Origin: Bdellovibrionales bacterium
GTDB lineage: Bacteria; Bdellovibrionota; Bdellovibrionia; Bdellovibrionales; JAMPXM01
Assembly: GCA_043739185.1 (NCBI GenBank)
Contig: JAYUEN010000332.1
Coordinates: 1-64,000 of the forward strand
Direction of reading: 5' to 3'
DNA length: 64,000 bases
Both the position numbers and the translations under genes were made by a program. Below are positions 49,390 through 59,309 of the stretch, piece after piece. The notes beneath the pieces were generated by a model that was not told where the DNA came from, made no database searches, and saw only the letters and a list, made by a program, of their open reading frames with translations. The number at the start of each line of letters is the position of its first letter. Position 1 is the stretch's first letter.

Positions 49390-51493
49390 GCGCAAACTCC
49401 CCACGTAAAGCTACGGTACCAACAGAGGCAATCTTTGCTTCTGCCGATAATTCATTGTGTGATAGCACGATCAATTGAGGAATAAATCGCGATGTGAGCT
49501 TAAACAAATGTCTACGAGCAGTTGGGCTCGTAAGTAAAATTGGTTGTGAAGCAATCTCTGGATGCGATTCAATAGTTGCCGCAATACTTTCAATCATTTG
49601 ATGCGCTACTTTAGGATCCATGACAAGTTGAACGCCTTGTTCAGTTTGAAGAAGTGAGTTGGCAATTAATTCCTCTATCTGAGGTTCGAGACTAACCACT
49701 GAAACGCTGCCATCATCGGTCTTAAATTTCGCAGTGATACTCCTCGACAGAGCTTTGCGAACTCCTTCAGTTAGAAGTTCTGCATCTTTGGTTCGTGTTG
49801 CTTCATCCGCCAGATTTTCAAAAATAGTTAATAGATCTCGAATTGAAACCTGCTCTCGCAATAAACTTTGTAAGACTTTCACTACAGTTCCAAGATGCAA
49901 AGGTTCCGGAATGAGCTCTTCAATCACTTTCGGATACTGCTTCTTAAAGTTTTCAACCAAGTTCGAAACTTCCTGTCGACCCAAAAGCTCGTGTGCATGT
50001 CCTCTAATGATTTCAGTCAAGTGCGTGGCCATAACGGTTGGCAAATCAACCACCGTATAGCCGGCCATCTCGGCTTCTTCGCGCTGCGAACGACTGATCC
50101 ACAATGCATCCAAACCGAATGCTGGCTCTTTTGTTGGCGTGCCATCCATTTGACTGGTTACATTTCCAGGATCCATCGCCAATAGTGAGTCAGGCCGCAA
50201 AGTCCCACCGCCAACTTTATTGCCTTTGATCATGACCCGATATTCGCCGGGCTCAAGCTGAAGATTATCGCGGATATGAATACTCGGAACTATGATTCCC
50301 AAATCGATCGCAAACTGCTTGCGAATGCTGACAATCCTTTCGAGCAAATCACCACTTTGTTCACTTTCAACGATATTGATTAATCCATAACCCACTTCGA
50401 GCTCAACTAAATCAAGTGGCAGTAGATTTTCAATTTTTTCTTTTTCAGGTTTTGATGCGATGTCATCTTGAAGTTTTTTCTCTTTATCTTTTGCTTCTGA
50501 TTTATAGCGAGTGAGGACCCATGAAAGGCCTCCCATAAAAGCACCAATGGTGAAAAAAGGAATTCCTGGTAGACCAGGCACCATCGCCAATAAACCCATC
50601 ACGCTACCAACTATTCCCACCGCGCGCGGATTGAGAAAAAGTTGTGAAACAACTTCGTTTCCGATGTCTTTTCCAGAAGAGCTGCGCGTGACAATTGTAC
50701 CTGCGGCAGTTGATATAATGAGGGCCGGAATTTGCGAAACCAGTCCATCACCTATGGTTAACTTTGTATAGTACTCAGCCGCCGTTCCGACATCGAGACC
50801 ATGTTGAATAACTCCAACCAAGAGTCCGCCAACAATATTGACGATTGTAATGATGATGCCGGCAATGGCATCTCCTCTTACAAACTTACTCGCTCCATCC
50901 ATGGCTCCATAAAAATCCGCTTCAGCTTCAATTTCTTTACGGCGTTTACGAGCTTGCTCTTCGTTGATCAATCCTGCGTTTAGGTCCGCATCAATTGACA
51001 TCTGTTTACCCGGCATCGCATCTAAAGTGAAACGTGCTGCAACCTCTGCGACTCGACCAGAACCCTTGGTGATAACGACAAAGTTAATGACAACTAAAAT
51101 AACGAAGACAATGAATCCGATGACATAATTATTACCGACCACGAAATTACCGAAGGCCTCGATCACCGCACCTGCAGCTTGTCCACCTTCATGGCCGTGC
51201 GTGAGCACGAGTCTGGTTGTCGCTACATTGAGTGCGAGTCGAAATAGCGTTGTAATCAACAAAAGGCTAGGAAAAACACTGAAGTCGAGACTTCGCGTGG
51301 TGTAAAGTGCAACTATCAATATAAGAAGAGCCGAACTAATAGATAGGGTCAAAGCAATATCAAGCAAAACTGGCGGAAGCGGAATCATCATGACGGCAAG
51401 AATGCCAATCAAAGTGATCGCTACTAATAGATCCACATTTTTAGTATAGCGTTCAAAGCGTTTTAAAAACTGAAATAGCTGCTCTAAATTCAT
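49379..51493 (-). CDS. flhA: Flagellar export gate FlhA
   Basis: RVAEVAARFTLDAMPGKQMSIDADL, FYGAMDGASKFVRGDA. Confidence 0.97.
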   Translation of the reverse strand: MNLEQLFQFLKRFERYTKNVDLLVAITLIGILAVMMIPLPPVLLDIALTLSISSALLILIVALYTTRSLDFSVFPSLLLITTLFRLALNVATTRLVLTHGHEGGQAAGAVIEAFGNFVVGNNYVIGFIVFVILVVINFVVITKGSGRVAEVAARFTLDAMPGKQMSIDADLNAGLINEEQARKRRKEIEAEADFYGAMDGASKFVRGDAIAGIIITIVNIVGGLLVGVIQHGLDVGTAAEYYTKLTIGDGLVSQIPALIISTAAGTIVTRSSSGKDIGNEVVSQLFLNPRAVGIVGSVMGLLAMVPGLPGIPFFTIGAFMGGLSWVLTRYKSEAKDKEKKLQDDIASKPEKEKIENLLPLDLVELEVGYGLINIVESEQSGDLLERIVSIRKQFAIDLGIIVPSIHIRDNLQLEPGEYRVMIKGNKVGGGTLRPDSLLAMDPGNVTSQMDGTPTKEPAFGLDALWISRSQREEAEMAGYTVVDLPTVMATHLTEIIRGHAHELLGRQEVSNLVENFKKQYPKVIEELIPEPLHLGTVVKVLQSLLREQVSIRDLLTIFENLADEATRTKDAELLTEGVRKALSRSITAKFKTDDGSVSVVSLEPQIEELIANSLLQTEQGVQLVMDPKVAHQMIESIAATIESHPEIASQPILLTSPTARRHLFKLTSRFIPQLIVLSHNELSAEAKIASVGTVALRGEFAHAG

Positions 51494-51496
51494 TTA

Positions 51497-52564
51497 TTAA
51501 AAAACCTTTTTGCGTTTGAGTTTATAGACGTATGACAGGACCTGAGCCACTGCAGTAAAGAGTTCTCTCGGAATTGCGTGACCTATCTTCATGGTTTTAA
51601 AAATGGTTCTGGCCAGTGGCTTGTTTTCAACGATCGGTATGTTGTGCTCTTTTGCCAACTCTCTGATTTTCTGGGCCATCAAATCCGCACCTTTAGCCAA
51701 GAGTTTCGGTGCAATCATATTTTTGGGATCATATTGAATTGCGCAGGCAATATGAGTCGGATTGGTTATGATCACATCCGCCTTAGGAACATCCGCCATC
51801 ATTCGCTTATTGGCCATTTCCCGTTGAATGCGACGAATCCGGGCTTTGATCATGGGATCGCCCTCTCGGGACTTATGTTCTTCTTTTACCTCTTGTTTGG
51901 TCATACGCATTTGCTTTTCAAGATCCCAGCGTTGAAAAAAATAATCACTCGCAGCTAAAATTGCCATAAAAATGCCGACGGCAAAAACCAGGCGAATGGT
52001 CAATTCTCCGGTAAACCTTAAAAGCTGGGCGATCTCCATATCAATCAAAAATGGAATTTGCAAAATCTGGCTTCGCAAAACAAAATAAACGACTGCGCCC
52101 ACTAACAATATTTTAGCTATGGACTTAAATCCTTCAACTATGGCCTTAAGACTTAATATTCTTTTGAGTCCCTCCAGAGGATTCACGCGATTCAAATCAA
52201 ACTGTAAAGCCTCTTCATTATATAAAAGGCCAGTTTGAAGAGTGGTTGCGAAAATTGGAATCAACATTAAAATCGCAATAATTGGTCCGCCAATGAACAA
52301 AGCCTTTTTAGAAACGAATATGATTGCCGGAAGATAGTCGCCATTTCGTGCTGCTGATACCACAAAAGATTTTAATGTTATTGCTATGAGTTCTGAAACT
52401 TGTACTAACAAAAATCGACCCATGAGCCACATCAAAAACGCGACACTCAGCAGGGTCAATACCGAGCCAAGTTCTTTCGTTTGCGCTACTTGGCCCCGCT
52501 TGCGAAAATCTTCTCTTCGCTGTTCGGTTGCGGCTTCATTACGCTCTTGATCTGTTTCTGCCAT
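51497..52564 (-). CDS. flhB: Flagellar export switch FlhB
   Basis: MTKQEVKEEHK..EGDP, NPTH autocleavage site. Confidence 0.96.
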   Translation of the reverse strand: MAETDQERNEAATEQRREDFRKRGQVAQTKELGSVLTLLSVAFLMWLMGRFLLVQVSELIAITLKSFVVSAARNGDYLPAIIFVSKKALFIGGPIIAILMLIPIFATTLQTGLLYNEEALQFDLNRVNPLEGLKRILSLKAIVEGFKSIAKILLVGAVVYFVLRSQILQIPFLIDMEIAQLLRFTGELTIRLVFAVGIFMAILAASDYFFQRWDLEKQMRMTKQEVKEEHKSREGDPMIKARIRRIQREMANKRMMADVPKADVIITNPTHIACAIQYDPKNMIAPKLLAKGADLMAQKIRELAKEHNIPIVENKPLARTIFKTMKIGHAIPRELFTAVAQVLSYVYKLKRKKVF

Positions 52565-52636
52565 TAACTCTTCCTAAGTACTGGTTAACATTCGACTACT
52601 TCTTGCAATCCAATTAGGCTCAGTCGCCTTTTCCGG

Positions 52637-53416
52637 TCATAATCCCTTTATCACCTTAAAAAGTACATTCGTCATAGAATTCAAAATTGAACTCACCTCT
52701 GTCAAATAAAGTGGAATCATCAAAAAAATAATAATAAATCCAGCCATGATATTAATAGGCAAACTCGTAACCAGGACATTGATCTGTGGTACAACACGAC
52801 CAATGATTCCGATTGCAACATTCAAAAAGAAAATCGCGATCATCACTGGCGCTGAAATTTTTATTCCGGCAATACACACCATTTGCAAGACCTCTCCTAT
52901 ATCCTTAAACAAAGCAAAACTCGCGCCAGCGCTCGAGATTTGAATCACGTCAAAACTTTGTGCTAGTCCAGTAAGAAAGTAGTGATGACCATTGATTGAT
53001 AAAAATAAGAGTGTGGCGAGAGTTGTGAAAAATTGTTCAGTCGTTGTCGACTGCGATCCAAGTGCTGGATTAAACATCTGTCCTGAGGAAAGGCCCATGC
53101 TGGTTGAAATCAGTTGGCCTGCGATACTCACTGTAAAGAATAGCAATCTTGTGAAAAAGCCAAGACAAAGTCCTATAAATACTTCGCGAAGCACATACCA
53201 AATTATATTCAAAGACAAGATTTCAGCTGAAATATCAGCATGCGGAATCACCGGAAAAAGACAAATTGCCAACACGACAGCCAGCAAAATTTTGGCAGGA
53301 CGCGGAACGCTAAAAACACTGAAGACCGGCCAAGTAAAAAGAAAAGAACTGACTCTCAAAAGTATGAGCGCCAAGACAAGAATTTGATTTTCATCATAGT
53401 GAAAATTTGGAAACAT
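52637..53416 (-). CDS. fliR: Flagellar export protein FliR
   Basis: Hydrophobic; AGQLI..MGL, NGHH, RVVPQIN. Confidence 0.93.
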   Translation of the reverse strand: MFPNFHYDENQILVLALILLRVSSFLFTWPVFSVFSVPRPAKILLAVVLAICLFPVIPHADISAEILSLNIIWYVLREVFIGLCLGFFTRLLFFTVSIAGQLISTSMGLSSGQMFNPALGSQSTTTEQFFTTLATLLFLSINGHHYFLTGLAQSFDVIQISSAGASFALFKDIGEVLQMVCIAGIKISAPVMIAIFFLNVAIGIIGRVVPQINVLVTSLPINIMAGFIIIFLMIPLYLTEVSSILNSMTNVLFKVIKGL

Positions 53417-53438
53417 GAGTGGTGCGCCCCTCGTTATA

Positions 53439-53711
53439 CTATTCGCGAACGTAGGTCGCTAAATTTTCGAAGAGGCCAACGGTAAATTGGCTCATGATAT
53501 CGATCATCCATGGTCCTGCAATGAGAATCACCACACAAATAATTGCGATTTTTGGAATGAAGGTCAACGTGGCTTCGTTCACTTGAGTAATGGCTTGAAA
53601 AACACTTACTATCAAGCCGGTAATGAGTGCGGCTCCCAATATCGGAGCCGAGATCATGACGGTTGTTCGAATGGCATCTTGACCTAATTTCAAAATAAGT
53701 TCTTCGGTCAT
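53439..53711 (-). CDS. fliQ: Flagellar export protein FliQ
   Basis: FQAITQVNEATLTFIPK. Confidence 0.95.
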   Translation of the reverse strand: MTEELILKLGQDAIRTTVMISAPILGAALITGLIVSVFQAITQVNEATLTFIPKIAIICVVILIAGPWMIDIMSQFTVGLFENLATYVRE

Positions 53712-53729
53712 ATATCTCCCTCTAAAAAA

Positions 53730-54485
53730 TCAACCAAAACTCTGAACGATTGATCCAACTAACAAAGTCCATCCATCAACCAGTACAAACAACATGATTT
53801 TAAAAGGTAGGGATATGACAACGGGAGGCAACATCATCATGCCCATTGCCATGAGGACGCTCGAGATGACGAGATCTATTACTAGAAATGGAAGATAAAT
53901 AATAAATCCAATTTGAAAGGCGGTTTTAAGTTCCGAAATAATAAAAGCTGGAATCAATACCGCTGTCGGAACTTCAGCTCGAGTTTTAGGCTTTTCAATT
54001 TTAGAAAGCCGAATAAATAAACTCACATCTACGGCTCGAGTCTGCTTCCACATGAAAGCTCGAAGCGGAAGCAAAGCTTCATCGATGGCACGCTCTTGAG
54101 AGATCTTACTGTCCAAATATGGCTTCAAGGCATTGTCATTTATTTGATTAAAGGCCGGAGCCATAATAAAAAAAGTTAGAAAAAGTGCGAGGCCAACCAA
54201 CAACTGATTGGGAGGCATTTGTTGCGTTCCCAATGCCTGTCTGACAAAAGACAAGACGACAATAATGCGAGTAAAACTTGTCATCATGATGAGAATCGCT
54301 GGCGCCAAAGATAGAATGGTCAACAACATTACAATTTTAATAGCATTAACGACTTCATTGGGATTTTCGGTATTTTTAAATCCCAAATTGATCGAAGGAA
54401 GCGTTACTCCTTGAGCAAAAGCCGCTTTGCTCGCCAACAATAATGAAAGTAGGATGAATGAAAAAAAGAAAAGAGCTTTTTTCAC
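53730..54485 (-). CDS. fliP: Flagellar export protein FliP
   Basis: MTSFTRI, PAFIISELKTAFQIG, MGMMMLPP..SLPFK..DGW. Confidence 0.96.
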   Translation of the reverse strand: MKKALFFFSFILLSLLLASKAAFAQGVTLPSINLGFKNTENPNEVVNAIKIVMLLTILSLAPAILIMMTSFTRIIVVLSFVRQALGTQQMPPNQLLVGLALFLTFFIMAPAFNQINDNALKPYLDSKISQERAIDEALLPLRAFMWKQTRAVDVSLFIRLSKIEKPKTRAEVPTAVLIPAFIISELKTAFQIGFIIYLPFLVIDLVISSVLMAMGMMMLPPVVISLPFKIMLFVLVDGWTLLVGSIVQSFG

Positions 54486-55189
54486 TCGAGCTGCCTCATT
54501 CCTTTTAAACGACGTGAAACCACGTCGCGAATTTCTGAAATCCCGCGAAGGGCAAAATCATCTGGCTCGGTTTGCGCATCTTCCTTAGCTTGCGAGAAAT
54601 GTTTGCCAATTTCGCCGGCTTCTTCTTCATAATTATAAAGTGCATCGTCAAATTTATTGGGTTGACCAGTTGGAATTTCATCATCAATCAGGGATAGTGT
54701 TTTAAGCATCGAAATGTTTTGATCGGTAATTCCTATCAGAATCGACTCTCCGGCCACTTGAATTATTGCAATGCTCTTTTTAGGTCCCAAATGATGTTGC
54801 GTTAACATTCGAATTTTTAAGCCGCCGTTTGTGCCCTGGCGCTTCTTTGTCCAATTCTTTAGAACAAAAATTGCACCGGCTAAAAGAGCAAAAACCACAC
54901 CCAACGAAATAAGCACACGAGGTAAACTCGATTTCTCGGACGCCTTATCTTTATTGGCGTCGAAATGAACTGGTACTTCTGATTCTTTTACTGTTGGGAT
55001 CTTATCGAGATTCACTTCTTTCGAGTCAAACAGGGTCTTCGTTTCTGTCAGATCGGCTTTGGCATCGGTCAAAGCTTCCGCCCGCTCTTGCATAAGATTG
55101 GTTGGCGCATCACCTGTTTTGGTCGCTGCAAAAGTACTTGAAGCGAGTAATGAAAGGAGAATGGCAACTGTGCACTTTAAAGAAATCAT
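54482..55189 (-). CDS. fliO: Flagellar protein FliO
   Basis: TM segment followed by LGPKKSIAIIQVAGE.ILIGIT; lies between fliN and fliP. Confidence 0.85.
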   Translation of the reverse strand: MISLKCTVAILLSLLASSTFAATKTGDAPTNLMQERAEALTDAKADLTETKTLFDSKEVNLDKIPTVKESEVPVHFDANKDKASEKSSLPRVLISLGVVFALLAGAIFVLKNWTKKRQGTNGGLKIRMLTQHHLGPKKSIAIIQVAGESILIGITDQNISMLKTLSLIDDEIPTGQPNKFDDALYNYEEEAGEIGKHFSQAKEDAQTEPDDFALRGISEIRDVVSRRLKGMRQLE

Positions 55190-55521
55190 TTTAATTGCTC
55201 CACGCGCTCGGCAGGAGAAATGATGTCAATCAGTCGCACGCCAAACTTTTCATTGACCACGACCGCTTCACCTCTTGCCACCAATTTATCGTTTACTAAA
55301 ACTTCCATGGGTTCACCGGCAAGTTTGCTCAGCTCAATTACAGAACCTTGTCCTAGATTCAGCAATTCACTGACTAACATTTTAGTTCTTCCCAACTCAA
55401 CTGTGACTTTAAGTGGAATATCCAAAATCAAATCGAGATTTCGTTCTTTACCCGAACGCTCCTCTGCGCGTTTGTCGCCTTTAATTGGGAGTTCCGAAAC
55501 GTTGTTTTTATCTTCTGTCAT
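55186..55521 (-). CDS. fliN: Flagellar switch protein FliN
   Basis: LDLILDIPLKVTVELGR, GEAVVVNEKFGVR. Confidence 0.96.
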   Translation of the reverse strand: MTEDKNNVSELPIKGDKRAEERSGKERNLDLILDIPLKVTVELGRTKMLVSELLNLGQGSVIELSKLAGEPMEVLVNDKLVARGEAVVVNEKFGVRLIDIISPAERVEQLK

Positions 55522-55531
55522 ACCCTACTCC

Positions 55532-56530
55532 TCAATCCTTTGTGATCGGTGATGTAATCTGCACCGCTACTGATCCGTGATTTATTCCATAATAAGCTTT
55601 GAATTTATTTACGCCTTCGACTTGAACACAGAATTCGCCATTCGCATCTTGATTGAGCGGTATAACATCCCCTGGCTTCAATTTCATAAGATCACTTAAG
55701 AGCACTTCGGTCTCGCCAAGATCAACCCGAATGGTCACATCAGTTTCAAGAAGCTGCTCTTCAATGGTTTTGGTCCACAGATTTTTATCAGCTTGATCGC
55801 TCTCAATTTGAAAGCCTGTTGCCAACTTCTGCTTAATTGGCTCAATGGTTGAATAGGGAATGACAAGCGTAATTGTTCCGTTGGCATTCTCAAGTTCGAC
55901 ATCAAATATTGAAGAAATAACTGTATCTGTGGGCGGTACTATCCCAACAAATTGGGGATTGACTTCGGTTCGTACAAAACTGGCATCGATGACTTCTACT
56001 GACTTCCAGGCCTCTTCTAAATCATCAATTGCCAATTCAACTACTTTTCGAACTATCGAAAGTTCAATTGGCGTAAAATCTTTTCCTTCAATTTTTGTAT
56101 AAGGCCGATCATCTCCACCAAAAAAACTATCGACCAGTGCATAGGCCAATTTGCTTTCGATTACCAGAATGGCAGAACCTCGCAATGCATTGAAACGCAA
56201 AACTGACATACACGTTGGCATCGGCAAGGTATTGATAAATTCACCAAATTTTAAAAACTCCGTGCTCGCATGATTAAGCGCTGCGATTTTACGGAGAGCA
56301 GAGGAAAGCGACACCCGAAAAGATCGCATAAATTTTTCATAGATCACATCTAATTGGGGAAGTCTTTGGCGAATGGATCTCTCATTACTTGTTAGATCAT
56401 AAACCGCTACAACTTTATCATCAGCACCACTTGAGCCGCCACCGCCTGATGAGGTCTCAGCACCCACTTCGCCTTCATTCACTGCCGCGAGTAGCGCATC
56501 TACTTCAGACTGTGATAATACTTGATTCAT
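55532..56530 (-). CDS. fliM: Flagellar switch protein FliM
   Basis: LSQSEVDALL (CheY-binding), EVNPQF, C-terminal SpoA domain. Confidence 0.96.
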   Translation of the reverse strand: MNQVLSQSEVDALLAAVNEGEVGAETSSGGGGSSGADDKVVAVYDLTSNERSIRQRLPQLDVIYEKFMRSFRVSLSSALRKIAALNHASTEFLKFGEFINTLPMPTCMSVLRFNALRGSAILVIESKLAYALVDSFFGGDDRPYTKIEGKDFTPIELSIVRKVVELAIDDLEEAWKSVEVIDASFVRTEVNPQFVGIVPPTDTVISSIFDVELENANGTITLVIPYSTIEPIKQKLATGFQIESDQADKNLWTKTIEEQLLETDVTIRVDLGETEVLLSDLMKLKPGDVIPLNQDANGEFCVQVEGVNKFKAYYGINHGSVAVQITSPITKD

Positions 56531-56556
56531 CCGTGAACCCCGTTCGTCAACTCTCG

Positions 56557-57096
56557 TTAGTTGTAAATAAATTCAGTAAATAACACCTGCTTAACAAGGC
56601 CCTTTTTCAAAACTCTATTGAGTTGCTCTTTGATTTCGTCACGAAGTCTGTCTTTACCATCTTTAGTTGAAACGTCTTCATAACGTTTGCTCGAAAGAAT
56701 CAGTAAAATCATATCTCGAACAGCAGCTTTTCTTTTTTCAATTTCCTCAGGAGTCTTATCGCCTTCGACTTCTAACTCCATATTGACCTTTAAAAGCTTT
56801 CTTCCTTGGCTACCAGACAGATTGATCAGGAAGGTCTCAAGAGGAATTGTTTTTCCGACAAACTCCTTTTCTTCTTTTGCCTTCTCTTCTTCATTGTCTT
56901 TTTTTGCACCCTCAGTCACTTCATCTATAGTGGTTTGATGATTGTGAGCTTGATTGGATTTGAAAACCATAAAGCCGACGCCACCAACTACTGCCATATT
57001 GATCATGACCAGCACGTAGAGCATCAAGGGTTTTGAGGGCGCGGGAGCATCGTTTTTCGCCGGGGCGATTTCTTTCGCTGCATTGTCTTCAGCCAC
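56557..57096 (-). CDS. fliL: Flagellar basal-body protein FliL
   Basis: Single TM; FLINL, VRD.IL..LSSK..GK..L..EI, VLFTEF; GTG start after an AAGGAG RBS. Confidence 0.9.
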   Translation of the reverse strand: MAEDNAAKEIAPAKNDAPAPSKPLMLYVLVMINMAVVGGVGFMVFKSNQAHNHQTTIDEVTEGAKKDNEEEKAKEEKEFVGKTIPLETFLINLSGSQGRKLLKVNMELEVEGDKTPEEIEKRKAAVRDMILLILSSKRYEDVSTKDGKDRLRDEIKEQLNRVLKKGLVKQVLFTEFIYN

Positions 57097-57136
57097 TGTC
57101 GTTCTCCTTGAAAAGAAGGCTTTGCTGACATACAGA

Positions 57137-57152
57137 AGCAAGCGCGATGCCA
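57137..57152 (-). promoter_or_regulatory. Putative sigma54 promoter of the fliL operon
   Basis: TGGCAT-CGCGC-TTGCT on the minus strand, about 40 bp upstream of fliL. Confidence 0.7.
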
Positions 57153-57278
57153 TATAGACAATGGTCGTAATTTTTCATTTTTGAAAATTCAAATCGATTT
57201 CAGATCACACTCGCGATATTTTCATTTTTACTAAAGTCGAGGATCTGTCACAATCAAGTCATGAATGAAGAGGAGCTC

Positions 57279-57292
57279 GTCAGCAGCTTGAC
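57279..57292. promoter_or_regulatory. Candidate enhancer-binding-protein site (GTCA-N6-TGAC)
   Basis: GTCAGCAGCTTGAC dyad about 130 bp upstream of the sigma54 motif. Confidence 0.35.
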
Positions 57293-57307
57293 AGGCCAAA
57301 GGACCAA

Positions 57308-58150
57308 TCAAAGATTGCGATACAATTTCATAAACTCTGAATGAATCTTTGGATTTCCCGCAACCACATGAGGCATTTCGATTTTGTAAGAATGACCTTC
57401 AAGATTGGTGACGACCGCACCTGCCTCTTGAGCAATAAGTGCACCCGCAGCTGTATCCCAAGGATTCAAGTGCTTTTCCCAGAATAAATCAAATACCCCA
57501 AGCCCTACAAAACAGAGATCCAAAGCGGCAGCGCCTGCTCGCCGCAAGCCTCGACTGCGCTTTACGAGCTCGGCACAAATTCGCAACTGTTTATCAATTT
57601 GATCGTCACGTTCTGTAAAGCCAGTTGCAAACAAAGCATCGTGAATAGCTTTTCGCTGACTCACTTTGATTTTTTTACCATTGAGAAATGCGCCGACATC
57701 CTTTACAGCGTGAAAGCGCATTTTTAACTTAGGAGCATCAACGACTCCCAACACAACTACGCCATTAACTTCGAGTGCGATACTTATGCAAAAAAAAGGA
57801 AACTGATGTACGTAATTTGTGGTGCCATCAAGTGGATCAATCACCCATTTGAAGTTCGTAGCATTGGATTTCCCGACTTTGATCCCTGGCTTATGTGCGT
57901 AAGAAAGTCCAGATTCTTCGCCTAAAAATTCGTGATTCGAAAATTTATTACTTAAACTTTTAATAATATATTTTTCACTTTCACGATCCGCTTCACTCAC
58001 CAAGCCTGCTTGAAACTTTTCTGAAACCTGAGATAAACTTCCAAAATATTTATTCAATATACGTTTTGCGCCAGTTGCGGCCGCCAATGCAGCATGCAAT
58101 TCACTTTCCCACTTTGGGCTAGTTTGGGATCGTTTTTTCTTCTTTACCAT
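57308..58150 (-). CDS. suhB: Inositol monophosphatase family protein
   Basis: GEES, WVIDPLDGTTNY, GAAALDL, WDTAAG. Confidence 0.9.
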   Translation of the reverse strand: MVKKKKRSQTSPKWESELHAALAAATGAKRILNKYFGSLSQVSEKFQAGLVSEADRESEKYIIKSLSNKFSNHEFLGEESGLSYAHKPGIKVGKSNATNFKWVIDPLDGTTNYVHQFPFFCISIALEVNGVVVLGVVDAPKLKMRFHAVKDVGAFLNGKKIKVSQRKAIHDALFATGFTERDDQIDKQLRICAELVKRSRGLRRAGAAALDLCFVGLGVFDLFWEKHLNPWDTAAGALIAQEAGAVVTNLEGHSYKIEMPHVVAGNPKIHSEFMKLYRNL

Positions 58151-58274
58151 GCCCCTATCAAGGCTTTAGTTCGTGGGCTTGTCAAGGATTTGGCGCATTG
58201 ACCCTTTGGCTTTCAGTGGTTACTATATATCTATACACGCAACAATAAAATGAATGGTTGGGGAGAAAAAGAGA

Positions 58275-59309
58275 ATGGCGAATCAAGCTCAGAGCTCAAG
58301 ATTGGATACGGCACTTAAGTTGCTACTCATTACCTTCGTATCTTTGGTAGCATTTTTCACAGGTGCCTATGTTGGCAAGGCGATGAGCGATAGTGATCAT
58401 CAACTCAAAGCAATGGAAGCTGACTTTCAAACTCAGAAAACCGCTGCTGAAAAACATAAAGATCTCGACGTCGCAGATAAAGATGCTTTGGTTGATGAAG
58501 AAGTAGCTCAGATGTCGGATAAAATCGTAAAGGCCGAGAAAGATCAATTGGGAGAGTCTCTGGTTAAAGAGAATGTCGAACCAAAAGCCGAAGCGAAAGG
58601 TCATGAGGCGAAGGGCGCAGAAAAAGTAGCCGAACACGGGCACGATAAAACTGCTGAAAAAGTAGCTGAGCATGGTCACGAAAAGGCCGCTGAGAAAGTT
58701 GCTGATCATGGAACTGCAAAAACTACCGAGAAAGTCGCTGAACACGGAGCTGCAAAGACTACTGAAAAAGTTGCAGACACAAGTCACGAAAAAGCTCACG
58801 AGGCTGGCGCTGCCAAAATGCCCGAAAAGCAAGCTAAAGCCACGCGCGAAATTGCCACGGCTGAAAAGCCAATTAAAAAGCAGTCCCATGCTTATGATGA
58901 TCCGAGCCTGAGTGTTAAAAAATCAAAACTTGATTTGAGTGAAGTTCACAAAACCGCAGAGAGAATTGCAAATAATGAAGCGACGACCAGTGATGAAATG
59001 GTCAGCCAAAAACCTGAAACCTCACGTATTCCGTCGAGTCTTCCTAAATCTGTTGGCACCGCGAGCGGACCAGGATTTACCGTTCAAGTCGCATCATTTC
59101 CAACTTCAGAAGAAGCCAAGAAACAAGTTGAAGAGCTTATCAAGAAGGGCTTTCCGGCATTTCCTATTGAAGCAACAATTTCAGGTAAAACTTGGTACCG
59201 GGTTAGTTTAGGTAACTTCAAAACGCAAAAAGAAGCCGCACAATATCGACTTCAATTGATTAAAGATTCTGAAATTAAAAAAGCTATTGTTGCCAAAGTT
59301 TCTCCTTAA
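58275..59309 (+). CDS. Membrane-anchored SPOR-domain protein with a repeat-containing linker
   Basis: N-terminal TM; C-terminal FTVQVASF..A..L..KGF..WYRV.LG.F. Confidence 0.85.
   Translation: MANQAQSSRLDTALKLLLITFVSLVAFFTGAYVGKAMSDSDHQLKAMEADFQTQKTAAEKHKDLDVADKDALVDEEVAQMSDKIVKAEKDQLGESLVKENVEPKAEAKGHEAKGAEKVAEHGHDKTAEKVAEHGHEKAAEKVADHGTAKTTEKVAEHGAAKTTEKVADTSHEKAHEAGAAKMPEKQAKATREIATAEKPIKKQSHAYDDPSLSVKKSKLDLSEVHKTAERIANNEATTSDEMVSQKPETSRIPSSLPKSVGTASGPGFTVQVASFPTSEEAKKQVEELIKKGFPAFPIEATISGKTWYRVSLGNFKTQKEAAQYRLQLIKDSEIKKAIVAKVSP
58617..58796 (+). repeat. Five in-frame 36-bp (12-aa) degenerate tandem repeats
   Basis: AEKVAEHGHDKT / AEKVAEHGHEKA / AEKVADHGTAKT / TEKVAEHGAAKT / TEKVADTSHEKA. 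Confidence 0.9.

Noticed and set aside
58617..58796. 36-bp periodic repeats as a possible CRISPR array
   Set aside because: The units are contiguous, in frame and degenerate at codon third positions, with no unique spacers and no cas genes
58323..58889. 188-aa hydrophobic minus-strand ORF
   Set aside because: Antisense shadow of the K/E-rich SPOR linker
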